64,000 nt of DNA from a virus. Shown here piece by piece: positions 17,637-25,053 of the stretch. Within the stretch, counting starts at the first letter, position 1. Each line of letters opens with the position of its first letter. A model generated the notes under the pieces. The model was given only the letters and a program-made list of their open reading frames with translations. It did not search any database and was not told where the DNA came from. Made by a program: the position numbers and the translations under genes. The DNA lies in the IMG/VR virus record IMGVR_UViG_3300032738_000111, positions 1 through 64,000 of that record. One strand, written 5' to 3'.

Positions 17637-18989
17637 TCAGATTACGTCAAACCAAAGCTCAGTGAACTCGCCCTGTGCCAACTGTGCGAATGCGCCTGAC
17701 ATGGCATCCACCTGGTCGTCATGCGCGCCGAATGGAAATAGCGCCACCTCGTCAAGGAAGTCACTTATCCACGGCCCGCTCACCAGCTTGACATTGCCAT
17801 GCCACGCCTGGCTAGACACGGGATTGGCACGGACCTCTTTGCTACCAGTGCTGCGGACGCCGCAAAAGTTATACCCGTCGAGGATACGGCGGGTGTAGTG
17901 GTCTATCGTATTGACGCCACTACTGCCAGGCTCTTGCTCCATCGCAATTTCTACATCAACCCCATCGCGCTCAGCGGTCTGGCGGATAAGCGCTTCGACT
18001 TTGCCCGGCGCTGCTTGAGTACGTTTTACATCACAGATGTAGTAAGTCGCAGCATCGGTACGGTCTAGGTGACGCCCCATGAGTACGCCAGCAGTATAGT
18101 CAGGGTCCTTGCCGGGCTTGGGCTCCGTTGCCGCCAAGTCCCAGAAGCGTACTCGACGCATTTCCACAGGCGCGACATCCACTGGCGCAAACCAATCGCG
18201 CTGAAACTTGTTTCCTGTCGCCTCAATATCCCAGTCGCCCTTCTTCAACTGCTCGCGGGTAACAGGGTCAAGTTCGTCCAGCGCCTTGTTATACTCCTCA
18301 ACATCAAGGTGGGGGTTGTCCTCAAGGCAGGCTGGTATGAATACGCGCTCTTGGCTACGCCCCTCGACAATGAACCGTTGTTTTACCCATTGATGTCCTT
18401 GGTCGCCTGGGTTGCTTGCTGAGCGCATACGCAACGGTACTGCTGCGCCCTCAAGTCTCCGCAGGCGAGAGAATAGGTAGCGATATTGGCTCTCACTAAA
18501 CTGCGTCAATTCGTCGAAAGCAATATACTGGAAGGCCGCTGACTGATACCGAAACTTGTCCTTCTCGGCATCCAAGTAAGCAAAGCTCAAAGTAGCCCCC
18601 GAGGGGAATATCCAGGTCTTAGCCTTGTCGCTCCAGCGTGCGTCGGTTGGCCCCAGCCACTCCTGCGCCCTGTCCATCAGGGCCTCAGGCAGTATCAGGT
18701 CAGTATAGGTGCGCCGAAAGATGATGGCGGCATAGCTTGGAATATCAACGTACTGCAATGCGGCCATGAGTAAGGCGTCAGACTTGCCACCGCCTGCCGC
18801 GCCGCCGTAGAAAGCCTCGCGGCAAGTTAGCCAGAGGAATGCTTGCTGCTTAGGTGTCGGGGTGTGCGGGCAGTACTCACTCAGCCGCGGCGTCAGGTGC
18901 GCCTTCAGCTCCGGCCTCGACTGCACCAGATTCGACCAGTATTCGGAGGACTTCTCCAAGGTGTCCACTGCTTGTGTCGATGTTGCCAC
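17637..18989 (-). CDS. terL: Terminase large subunit
   Basis: YGGAAGGGKS (Walker A), IAFDE (Walker B), WDLAAT and HDDQVDA nuclease motifs. Confidence 0.95.
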   Translation of the reverse strand: MATSTQAVDTLEKSSEYWSNLVQSRPELKAHLTPRLSEYCPHTPTPKQQAFLWLTCREAFYGGAAGGGKSDALLMAALQYVDIPSYAAIIFRRTYTDLILPEALMDRAQEWLGPTDARWSDKAKTWIFPSGATLSFAYLDAEKDKFRYQSAAFQYIAFDELTQFSESQYRYLFSRLRRLEGAAVPLRMRSASNPGDQGHQWVKQRFIVEGRSQERVFIPACLEDNPHLDVEEYNKALDELDPVTREQLKKGDWDIEATGNKFQRDWFAPVDVAPVEMRRVRFWDLAATEPKPGKDPDYTAGVLMGRHLDRTDAATYYICDVKRTQAAPGKVEALIRQTAERDGVDVEIAMEQEPGSSGVNTIDHYTRRILDGYNFCGVRSTGSKEVRANPVSSQAWHGNVKLVSGPWISDFLDEVALFPFGAHDDQVDAMSGAFAQLAQGEFTELWFDVI

Positions 18990-19365
18990 TGTGATTCACA
19001 TCCTGCTTGCTCTTCTCCGTGCTGATGTCAAACATGCCTGCTATCGCCTTGAGGCCCTCCTGCACCTTGCCGAGTGCGCCCACCTTGGCGTTGTCATTGT
19101 CCGCGCCAGCATAGATAGCCCACGCCGCTGAGATTGTTTCCTGATAGCCACTCAGGATCTCCGCGATTTCGTCGCCAGTCTCAATGCGCTCTTTGGTCTG
19201 CTCCCGTTGATGGTCAATGTACTTCTTCGTGGTCTTCCGATGGACGCCAATGGTGCGGGAGATTTCGCTGACATTACGGACACCTCGGCACCATAATTGC
19301 CACGCCTGCTTGCGAAGGCGGTCGCGCTCTTCGTCTGTCGGATTGTAGGTCTCTGGTTTACCCAT
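18877..19365 (-). CDS. terS: Terminase small subunit (putative)
   Basis: N-terminal HTH, ...DVNHSG C-terminal motif, immediately upstream of and overlapping terL. Confidence 0.7.
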   Translation of the reverse strand: MGKPETYNPTDEERDRLRKQAWQLWCRGVRNVSEISRTIGVHRKTTKKYIDHQREQTKERIETGDEIAEILSGYQETISAAWAIYAGADNDNAKVGALGKVQEGLKAIAGMFDISTEKSKQDVNHSGNIDTSSGHLGEVLRILVESGAVEAGAEGAPDAAAE

Positions 19366-19454
19366 GATTGGCTACTGCCAATTCTCACTTTCCCTGCTTC
19401 TACTTCTGCTTCTCCGGCTTGTCATATGGGAACGGTTCGCCCGTGGCGTCTATG

Positions 19455-19997
19455 TCAGTCGCGCCACTCATATTCGCACTGAGGGCATTTGTGGAGGCCT
19501 GAAACCTGTTCGCCTGCGGTTGCTTGTGTATCCGCGTCGTCTGATGGGAACGGCCCCGGTGTGGCTGCCTGTTCAAGCAGCGCGTTTAGCTCGGCCTCGT
19601 CGAAGCTGACTGGCAGGCACTCATCCTCCTGCAACTTCACAAGTAGACCCGCAAGGACAGCATCATCATCCTCTGCGAAGTTGCTCAGGTTGTTATCATC
19701 AATCAGATACGCGGCGGCCTCAATATCCGAGCAATCCCACACGTCGCAGCGAACCGTCTCCCAACCTATGCGTTGCGCAGACTGGACTACCGCGTGGTGT
19801 GCGATAATCCGCATGGTGCTGGCCTGCACGACCACTGCGGAGCGTTGCCCATAGCGCAGGAGACTTTCGTCAAGCCGGAGGAGTTGGGATTCGGGATGAT
19901 TGCGATAGTTCTGCGGCCACGGTTTCAAGTCTGCTATCGCTACATCGCGAATCTCACCCCGTGGCTTATGCTTGTCAAAGGTCAGTTTCTTCGCCAT
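19455..19997 (-). CDS. ParB/Srx N-terminal domain protein with C-terminal zinc ribbon
   Basis: LKPWPQNYRNH..SLLRYGQ..IIAHH..DNNLS; CPQCEYEW. Confidence 0.8.
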   Translation of the reverse strand: MAKKLTFDKHKPRGEIRDVAIADLKPWPQNYRNHPESQLLRLDESLLRYGQRSAVVVQASTMRIIAHHAVVQSAQRIGWETVRCDVWDCSDIEAAAYLIDDNNLSNFAEDDDAVLAGLLVKLQEDECLPVSFDEAELNALLEQAATPGPFPSDDADTQATAGEQVSGLHKCPQCEYEWRD

Positions 19998-20291
19998 TGA
20001 ACATTCTCTCGTTGCCAATCAAGCTGTCAGCCCGGCGGGCGACCCCATCAAGCTCCCCGGAACCTCTTACGGGTGTCCTCCGTGTCTAGGCTGGTGTTGT
20101 TCGTTCGCAGGAGCACCGGGCTGAGTTTTGTTCGTTATCATTGTCCGCGTTTTTCCCACCGGACAGTCATCGCCGCTCACCGTCAAGGACTATTACGGGT
20201 GGATAGTCGGGTGCGTTGGGCAGGGCTTTTACCTTGCACCCTATGCGGTGCTACTTCACCGTTTCCTAGCCCTGAAAGGTACGGTGAGGAA

Positions 20292-20366
20292 TGGTCGCCG
20301 CTAATGGGCAATGATACTGCCGGAGCAGCCATCGCCACGCGGGTGAACCCGATTCGGCGGCGGCAA
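20292..20366 (-). ncRNA. Possible Y-shaped CCA-ended tRNA-like RNA
   Basis: TGCCGC/GCGGCG closing stem plus ACCA; two internal hairpins; no canonical tRNA loops. Confidence 0.3.
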
Positions 20367-20380
20367 TATGTTGCTTTGCA

Positions 20381-20455
20381 TGGTGAGGGCAATTGGATTT
20401 GAACCAATGACCGGCCGCTTATGAGGCGGCTGCTCTTCCGCTAAGCTATGCCCTC
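20381..20455 (-). tRNA. tRNA with CAT anticodon (likely tRNA-Ile2, otherwise elongator Met), encoded CCA
   Basis: GAGGGCA-TA-GCTTAGCGGAAGAGC-A-GCCGC-CTCATAA-GCGGC-CGGTC-ATTGG-TTCAAAT-CCAAT-TGCCCTC-ACCA full cloverleaf. Confidence 0.92.
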
Positions 20456-20466
20456 GTATGGATGAT

Positions 20467-20520
20467 TGGTCTGGGCGGTATGTTCCTAAGACATACGCTC
20501 ATCTATTGAGCTACGCCCAG
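20467..20520 (-). ncRNA. T-armless tRNA-Leu(TAG)-like RNA (54 nt)
   Basis: CTGGGCG-TA-GCTC-AATAGAT-GAGC-G-TATGT-CTTAGGA-ACATA-C-CGCCCAG-A-CCA; perfect acceptor, D and anticodon stems; no variable or T arm. Confidence 0.75.
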
Positions 20521-20807
20521 ACCATGAATGCGCAGAAGGCCCGGCGCAAGCCAGACCCTCGCTTTCCCTTAGCCGAAGCACCGGGGTAGTTATTGCACGT
20601 CTGCGTTCGCCGCCCTGGATTGGTTACCTGGACGGGGAACGATCTCCTCCTACGCATGGCAGGGGAGGCAATGGAAATGATTCTCCTCAAAACACATAGT
20701 TTTCTAGTGTGTTGTGAGGAGAATTGTCAATCGGGGTGCGAGGCGGTGGGAGCAAGACCAACGTGGTTGCCTGTCCGGCAGCGTCTGTCCCGAAGGCAGC
20801 GCAGCCC

Positions 20808-21077
20808 CTAATTCTCTGCAAGTAACGGCTGGTGGCGTTGGCGGGCCTCTCGGCGTAACCAATCCCGCATTTCGTTCCGGGCGATAACTCGGCAAAGAGC
20901 AAGCGGCTTCCGCGCCCGTGCTATCTGTTCACTCCTAGCAAACACTTTCACCCGCGCCTCCTGGAGCAAGTCCTCCAAGTCCTCGGGCTGATACTCTTCG
21001 GCAATAGCGCGGCAGGCCTCTTCGGCGATGACTTTCTCATATTCCACTGGCAATTCCTTCCGCGCTTTCTCCTTCAT
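20808..21077 (-). CDS. Sigma70 region-2-like protein
   Basis: EDLEDLLQEARVKVF...LCRVIARNEMRDWLRRE, matching the ECF sigma2 pattern. Confidence 0.75.
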   Translation of the reverse strand: MKEKARKELPVEYEKVIAEEACRAIAEEYQPEDLEDLLQEARVKVFARSEQIARARKPLALCRVIARNEMRDWLRREARQRHQPLLAEN

Positions 21078-21498
21078 CCGAAAGGATGACGAGCGCAGAG
21101 GCCATCTTTATGCACGCGCGGGATAAAATTCTGGAAATGGTTGACTGGTTCACCCGCAACATTCTCCCCACCTGCTCCTGGATAACCTTCTCACGATAGC
21201 ACAGAAGGATAACTATCTGCCACTTTGTGGGTAGTGCGCCAATGGCTTTGTCGAGGTCAGCTTTGATACAAACCAATTCTACATAGGCCGCCTCTCCGCT
21301 TACGCCACCGCTAGATAAACCGCTATCATCAGATACGTCGAGCGTGCAGCCTAGATAACATGCCTCGGCGAGTTCTGAGTACCGATGCAACCAACCACGC
21401 ACCCTTCGCTCCGCACAAGCCTGAGGGTCAAACAGGTCTCTCATCGGAAACGGGCGGCTCCAGTAGTCGTCGGAAGTTTCCACGGTGTCTCCCGTCAC
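21037..21498 (-). CDS. Sigma70 region-4 / RinA-ArpU-like late transcription activator
   Basis: DLDKAIGALPTKWQIVILLCYREKVIQEQVGRMLRVNQSTISRILSRA. Confidence 0.8.
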   Translation of the reverse strand: MTGDTVETSDDYWSRPFPMRDLFDPQACAERRVRGWLHRYSELAEACYLGCTLDVSDDSGLSSGGVSGEAAYVELVCIKADLDKAIGALPTKWQIVILLCYREKVIQEQVGRMLRVNQSTISRILSRACIKMASALVILSDEGESAEGIASGI

Positions 21499-21641
21499 CC
21501 AACCAGAAATGTCTCAGCCAACCAGTAGCCAAGCACGAAGCAGGCATAGAGCAAGCAGCCGAATGTCACCGCCGCGAAGAAGAGCTTGGTGCTTATCAGG
21601 ATGCAACTCCAGAGGAAGCTGCCGACGGTGCGGAGGGTCAT
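21495..21641 (-). CDS. Small membrane protein
   Basis: Manual translation MTLRTVGSFLWSCILISTKLFFAAVTFGCLLYACFVLGYWLAETFLVG; 4-nt start/stop overlaps on both sides. Confidence 0.55.
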   Translation of the reverse strand: MTLRTVGSFLWSCILISTKLFFAAVTFGCLLYACFVLGYWLAETFLVG

Positions 21642-21904
21642 GGATACTCGTCACTCTCGCTGACACGATTCAGCTCCTCCGTTATCGCCACCATGTCCGT
21701 CATCATCCAGTCGATACGGTCCTTGGCTAAGGCATTGGCAAGCTTGCCCATGTCGCGCAGGTTGTCCGCTTCGAGTATTCTGCTGATGCGCTTCCGGCTC
21801 ATGTTGAGTAAATCAGCATAGGCAATTATCACCTTCATGCCCTCCTGCATCTCCCTAAACTTGCCCAACACATCATCCATTTCCTCGTCTGGCATCTCCA
21901 TCAC
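21638..21904 (-). CDS. Hypothetical protein
   Basis: AGGAGGA RBS; helical 88 aa. Confidence 0.55.
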   Translation of the reverse strand: MMEMPDEEMDDVLGKFREMQEGMKVIIAYADLLNMSRKRISRILEADNLRDMGKLANALAKDRIDWMMTDMVAITEELNRVSESDEYP

Positions 21905-21985
21905 TCCTCCTGTTTAGCCTCAGCCGCCGCCGGTTTACCGTGTAGCGATAACCGTTCTCCGCGATCACGAGGGCATTGCTTCCCT

Positions 21986-22435
21986 TCACGGTATAAACTG
22001 GCTGGCTGTTTGCAGGAACTCGCGCATGGCGTGATATTCGGGGGCCAGCAACAGCCCCATGTGACTACCGGAAAGACCAGCACCAAACATAGCGCACAGG
22101 AATGCCAGAATTCCGAATATACATGGAAGCCCACCATCATCGTGCAGTGTGCGAATACACAAGACGGTCAAACAAACCCCCAGCATGATGAGAAGCAAAC
22201 CCGCACCCACCCCCACCTTCCCATACAACTTGTTCTTCGCCACCAACACATCGTAGTAATCTTTCGCAGGCCCACTCAGCTTCTTCTCAAGCAAGTCGGC
22301 CAGCCCCTCGACGCCTTCCGTCAACTCCTGTGCATCAAGCGCAACCTCGTACCGCTTCGTCTCTTTGGCCTCGTCCTCCGCCATAGCCATGATCGTCAGT
22401 GCTGCCAAAGCTACGACCATCAATGCTCTCATCAT
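21986..22435 (-). CDS. Exported/membrane protein (signal peptide plus 2 TM)
   Basis: MMRALMVVALAALTIMAMA; AAGGAG RBS. Confidence 0.65.
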   Translation of the reverse strand: MMRALMVVALAALTIMAMAEDEAKETKRYEVALDAQELTEGVEGLADLLEKKLSGPAKDYYDVLVAKNKLYGKVGVGAGLLLIMLGVCLTVLCIRTLHDDGGLPCIFGILAFLCAMFGAGLSGSHMGLLLAPEYHAMREFLQTASQFIP

Positions 22436-22607
22436 CAGTCTCCTTTTCGCTGTGTACTGGCAACTATTCTCGCGCAGTTCCGGTTGCGTCCACTTGTCTC
22501 CGAGGTAGGTATAGCGGGTCATGTACAAAACCTCTTCACTTGTGCGTAACTACCTAGCTTTCTGCCGGTACCAGTTATTCAGGATTAGTGAATAGGTGAG
22601 CGTAAGC

Positions 22608-22862
22608 TCATTCGCCCCGCTCCTCCGCATCCCATTCGCCAGCAGCCGCCATGATTCTGTGAGCGTTGTCGTGTGCCTTATGCAGGATTCGCGCGCACTT
22701 GGCGCACAATGGTTTGCCCAAAGCCGCCGCTTCTTCTATGGAACATGCTGCTACACGAAGCAGGCTCGTGTCACAAAGTGTTACGAGATAGCTGTCGTCA
22801 AAGCTGTCGGCATGAAAGACCCTTTTATTCGGGTCGTACAGCGCGCGCAGTTCTTTCATCAT
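22608..22862 (-). CDS. Hypothetical zinc-binding protein
   Basis: H...LC...LCAKC. Confidence 0.55.
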   Translation of the reverse strand: MMKELRALYDPNKRVFHADSFDDSYLVTLCDTSLLRVAACSIEEAAALGKPLCAKCARILHKAHDNAHRIMAAAGEWDAEERGE

Positions 22863-23110
22863 TATTCACTACCCCAACCAAGCAACGTTCGCACAACCTC
22901 TGCGAGTCGATTCAGCTCGGTTACGCTCAACTTACCTGCGCACGTTGGGCAGAGGTATCCATACTCCTCATCATCGCGCACATACTGTACCCATCCATGC
23001 ATCCTTGCCCAGTAAGCAACACCCTCGTCGCGCAGGGATTCCAAGTCCGTCTCTTGTTCATTCGCACAAGTGTCGCAAGAAATCCAGCATTCGGGCCGCC
23101 ATTTACCCAT
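22862..23110 (-). CDS. Small zinc-ribbon protein, paralogue family D
   Basis: ISCDTC...HGWV...YLCPTCA. Confidence 0.6.
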   Translation of the reverse strand: MGKWRPECWISCDTCANEQETDLESLRDEGVAYWARMHGWVQYVRDDEEYGYLCPTCAGKLSVTELNRLAEVVRTLLGWGSE

Positions 23111-23282
23111 GCTTCTCCCCCCACTCCTCACACGCCTTCCCGTCTGTAATCTCGCGGCCCTTCCTGCAAGCATACCAGCACGTAGTCCCCTCGTCAATAC
23201 TGCCCGGCTTGTCGCCGATGAAGTCCCGCGCGCCTGAGGTAACGAATGAGTGCTTGCAGGTGTAGCAGGTTTGGTTGGTCAT
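23103..23282 (-). CDS. Small Cys-rich protein
   Basis: Manual translation MTNQTCYTCKH...CRKG...CEEW, 59 aa; ATGA overlap with the MTase. Confidence 0.5.
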   Translation of the reverse strand: MTNQTCYTCKHSFVTSGARDFIGDKPGSIDEGTTCWYACRKGREITDGKACEEWGEKHG

Positions 23283-24376
23283 GCCTCACTACTCCCTTCG
23301 TCTGCCTGCATAATCCTTTGCCCTATCCAATACACCACATTCACCGTCACTGCATTTCCGAGTCCTCGGTATCGGGCACTGTCCATCCCACGAGGAAGCC
23401 CTGGAGCTTCTCGCACTCTGTCGGCGTCAACCTGCGGACAGACAATACCCTCGAATTGCTTGCCGCTTCGGCTTCCCGTGAGTGAACCTGCCCTTCCGCT
23501 GGTTCGGAGTTCTCCGCGTTGGTTTGCGTGGAGGCCGCAGACGAATTGATAACTGTGGCTGGCTCCGCTTCGTAAGGCTCTTGCCCTTCCGCTTCCAGCA
23601 AGTTGCCCGCTGATGTTTTCATGCCAAGCAATGAGTCCGGTGTACTCCTGTTTAGCAGGCCAACCTCGCCTTGCCCATTTAGGAGTAACTGTGTGGCTCC
23701 GTTCGGAGATGGTGTCTTCGCTATCGGCGATGAATGTTCGCTGTTGCTCCTTCCCACTGTCGCCTCCAGTGCGGCTATCAAGGCAGTGGGCAACGCCCTC
23801 CCCCGTTTTCCTGCTCGCCTCAGGATGCCAGCCGCCGCCTTCGCGCTCAAATAGAATCGCTCCGGCACGTCGCCATCCAGAATCTCCCTGAGCGAACACA
23901 CCAAAGACTCGTCGCCTCCGCTGGGCCACTCCGAAGAACTGTGAGTCCAGCACCCGCCAGGCTCCGAAATACCCGATTTCGGCAAGGGCGGCAAGGACTG
24001 CGCGGAAGTCATCGCCTCCGTTGCTGCTGAGTAGTCCGGGAACATTCTCCCAAACAAGGTAGCGAGGCTTTGCTTCAGCCACCACTCGCACCAACTCGAA
24101 GAACAGGCCGCTGCGCGCTCCAGTGATTCCCGCACGGTTGCCGGCCACGGAAAGGTCTTGGCACGGAAACCATCCGCTGATGATGCCAATGTCTCTGTAT
24201 TCTCGCCCGTCAAGCTCTTCGATGTTCTCATGTATTAGCACCTCCGGCCAGTGGGTTTTCAATACCCGTCGGCAGAATTTATCACACTCGCACATGGCAA
24301 CGGTCTCAATTCCCGCAAGCTCGAAGCCGAGGTCGAAGCCGCCTATGCCAGTGAAGAGTGATAGGTGGGTCATCAT
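23279..24376 (-). CDS. dcm: C5-cytosine DNA methyltransferase, alpha polypeptide
   Basis: LFTGIGG (I), FPCQDLS (IV), ENVPG (VI), QRRRRVF (VIII), RYRGLGNAV (X); motif IX absent from this frame. Confidence 0.9.
   Translation of the reverse strand: MMTHLSLFTGIGGFDLGFELAGIETVAMCECDKFCRRVLKTHWPEVLIHENIEELDGREYRDIGIISGWFPCQDLSVAGNRAGITGARSGLFFELVRVVAEAKPRYLVWENVPGLLSSNGGDDFRAVLAALAEIGYFGAWRVLDSQFFGVAQRRRRVFGVFAQGDSGWRRAGAILFEREGGGWHPEASRKTGEGVAHCLDSRTGGDSGKEQQRTFIADSEDTISERSHTVTPKWARRGWPAKQEYTGLIAWHENISGQLAGSGRARALRSGASHSYQFVCGLHANQRGELRTSGRAGSLTGSRSGKQFEGIVCPQVDADRVREAPGLPRGMDSARYRGLGNAVTVNVVYWIGQRIMQADEGSSEA
23347..24231 (-). CDS. Overlapping-frame beta polypeptide of the C5 methyltransferase (motif IX)
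   Basis: Nested 294 aa ORF with SLREILD..VPERFYLS..AAAGILRRA and VRRLTPTECEKLQGF. Confidence 0.7.
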   Translation of the reverse strand: MRTSKSLTGENTETLASSADGFRAKTFPWPATVRESLERAAACSSSWCEWWLKQSLATLFGRMFPDYSAATEAMTSAQSLPPLPKSGISEPGGCWTHSSSEWPSGGDESLVCSLREILDGDVPERFYLSAKAAAGILRRAGKRGRALPTALIAALEATVGRSNSEHSSPIAKTPSPNGATQLLLNGQGEVGLLNRSTPDSLLGMKTSAGNLLEAEGQEPYEAEPATVINSSAASTQTNAENSEPAEGQVHSREAEAASNSRVLSVRRLTPTECEKLQGFLVGWTVPDTEDSEMQ

Positions 24377-25041
24377 TCCCCCGCCTCACCCGCCCACATA
24401 GCCAATACGCCATCCAGGTACACAGGCACCGTCAGGATGTCAGCGTACACCGGCAGGCCCTTGCTGCTGGCGTAACCGTGCTCCAACTTTGCACCATCCG
24501 ATTCCCCCCACCTCGGCAACATCATTATCGCCCCGGAGCAGTCTAACCCACTCATGCAATTGTCAAGGTGCGCCTGGCGGGTAATGTCGGGAAAATCGCG
24601 CTCGAAGTGTGCGCTCTCTGTATGCGGGCAGAAGGTATAGTGGCCGCGCCGCATGAGTGCCGCCTTCATTAGCTTGGCTTGCAGGATGTTCTTGCAGACA
24701 TCCAGATTCCGGTCGGCCTGATACGGCCCGCTGATGAAGAATCGCATGGGCATGTCACAGGTCGGTAGCCAATCAAGTTCGGCCTGCAACTGTTGCGCCG
24801 CCGCCCTGATTCGCGCCTCGTCCATATCAGCCCCGCGCCTTAGCTGCAGCACCAAGTACATCCAGCTATCCATCCGCTCATGTACGGCCTCCAGCGCATG
24901 GTCAGTCCACGGCTGCAGGTGATTCACCGCGCCATATTCAGCTTGTCCCGCGCGGAACCTTGCCAGCAGGACATCGGATAGCGCGGACAGGTCGCACTGT
25001 CCAGCTTGGTAACGGATTAGGTCAATGGTCTGGTCTGGCAT
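24373..25041 (-). CDS. Fusion of an all-alpha NTP-pyrophosphohydrolase-like domain and a DUF4406/nucleoside 2-deoxyribosyltransferase-like domain
   Basis: RFRAGQAEYG...EAVHERMDSWMY; FFISGPY...CPH...MLPRWGESDGAKLEH.YA. Confidence 0.65.
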   Translation of the reverse strand: MPDQTIDLIRYQAGQCDLSALSDVLLARFRAGQAEYGAVNHLQPWTDHALEAVHERMDSWMYLVLQLRRGADMDEARIRAAAQQLQAELDWLPTCDMPMRFFISGPYQADRNLDVCKNILQAKLMKAALMRRGHYTFCPHTESAHFERDFPDITRQAHLDNCMSGLDCSGAIMMLPRWGESDGAKLEHGYASSKGLPVYADILTVPVYLDGVLAMWAGEAGE

Positions 25042-25053
25042 ATCGGGCCTCCC

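Noticed and set aside
20467-20524. Plus-strand reading as an amber-suppressor tRNA implying a recoded genome
   Set aside because: The loop lacks U33 and there is no D arm or TTC loop. Many genes end in TAG with tight packing, so there is no sign of recoding.
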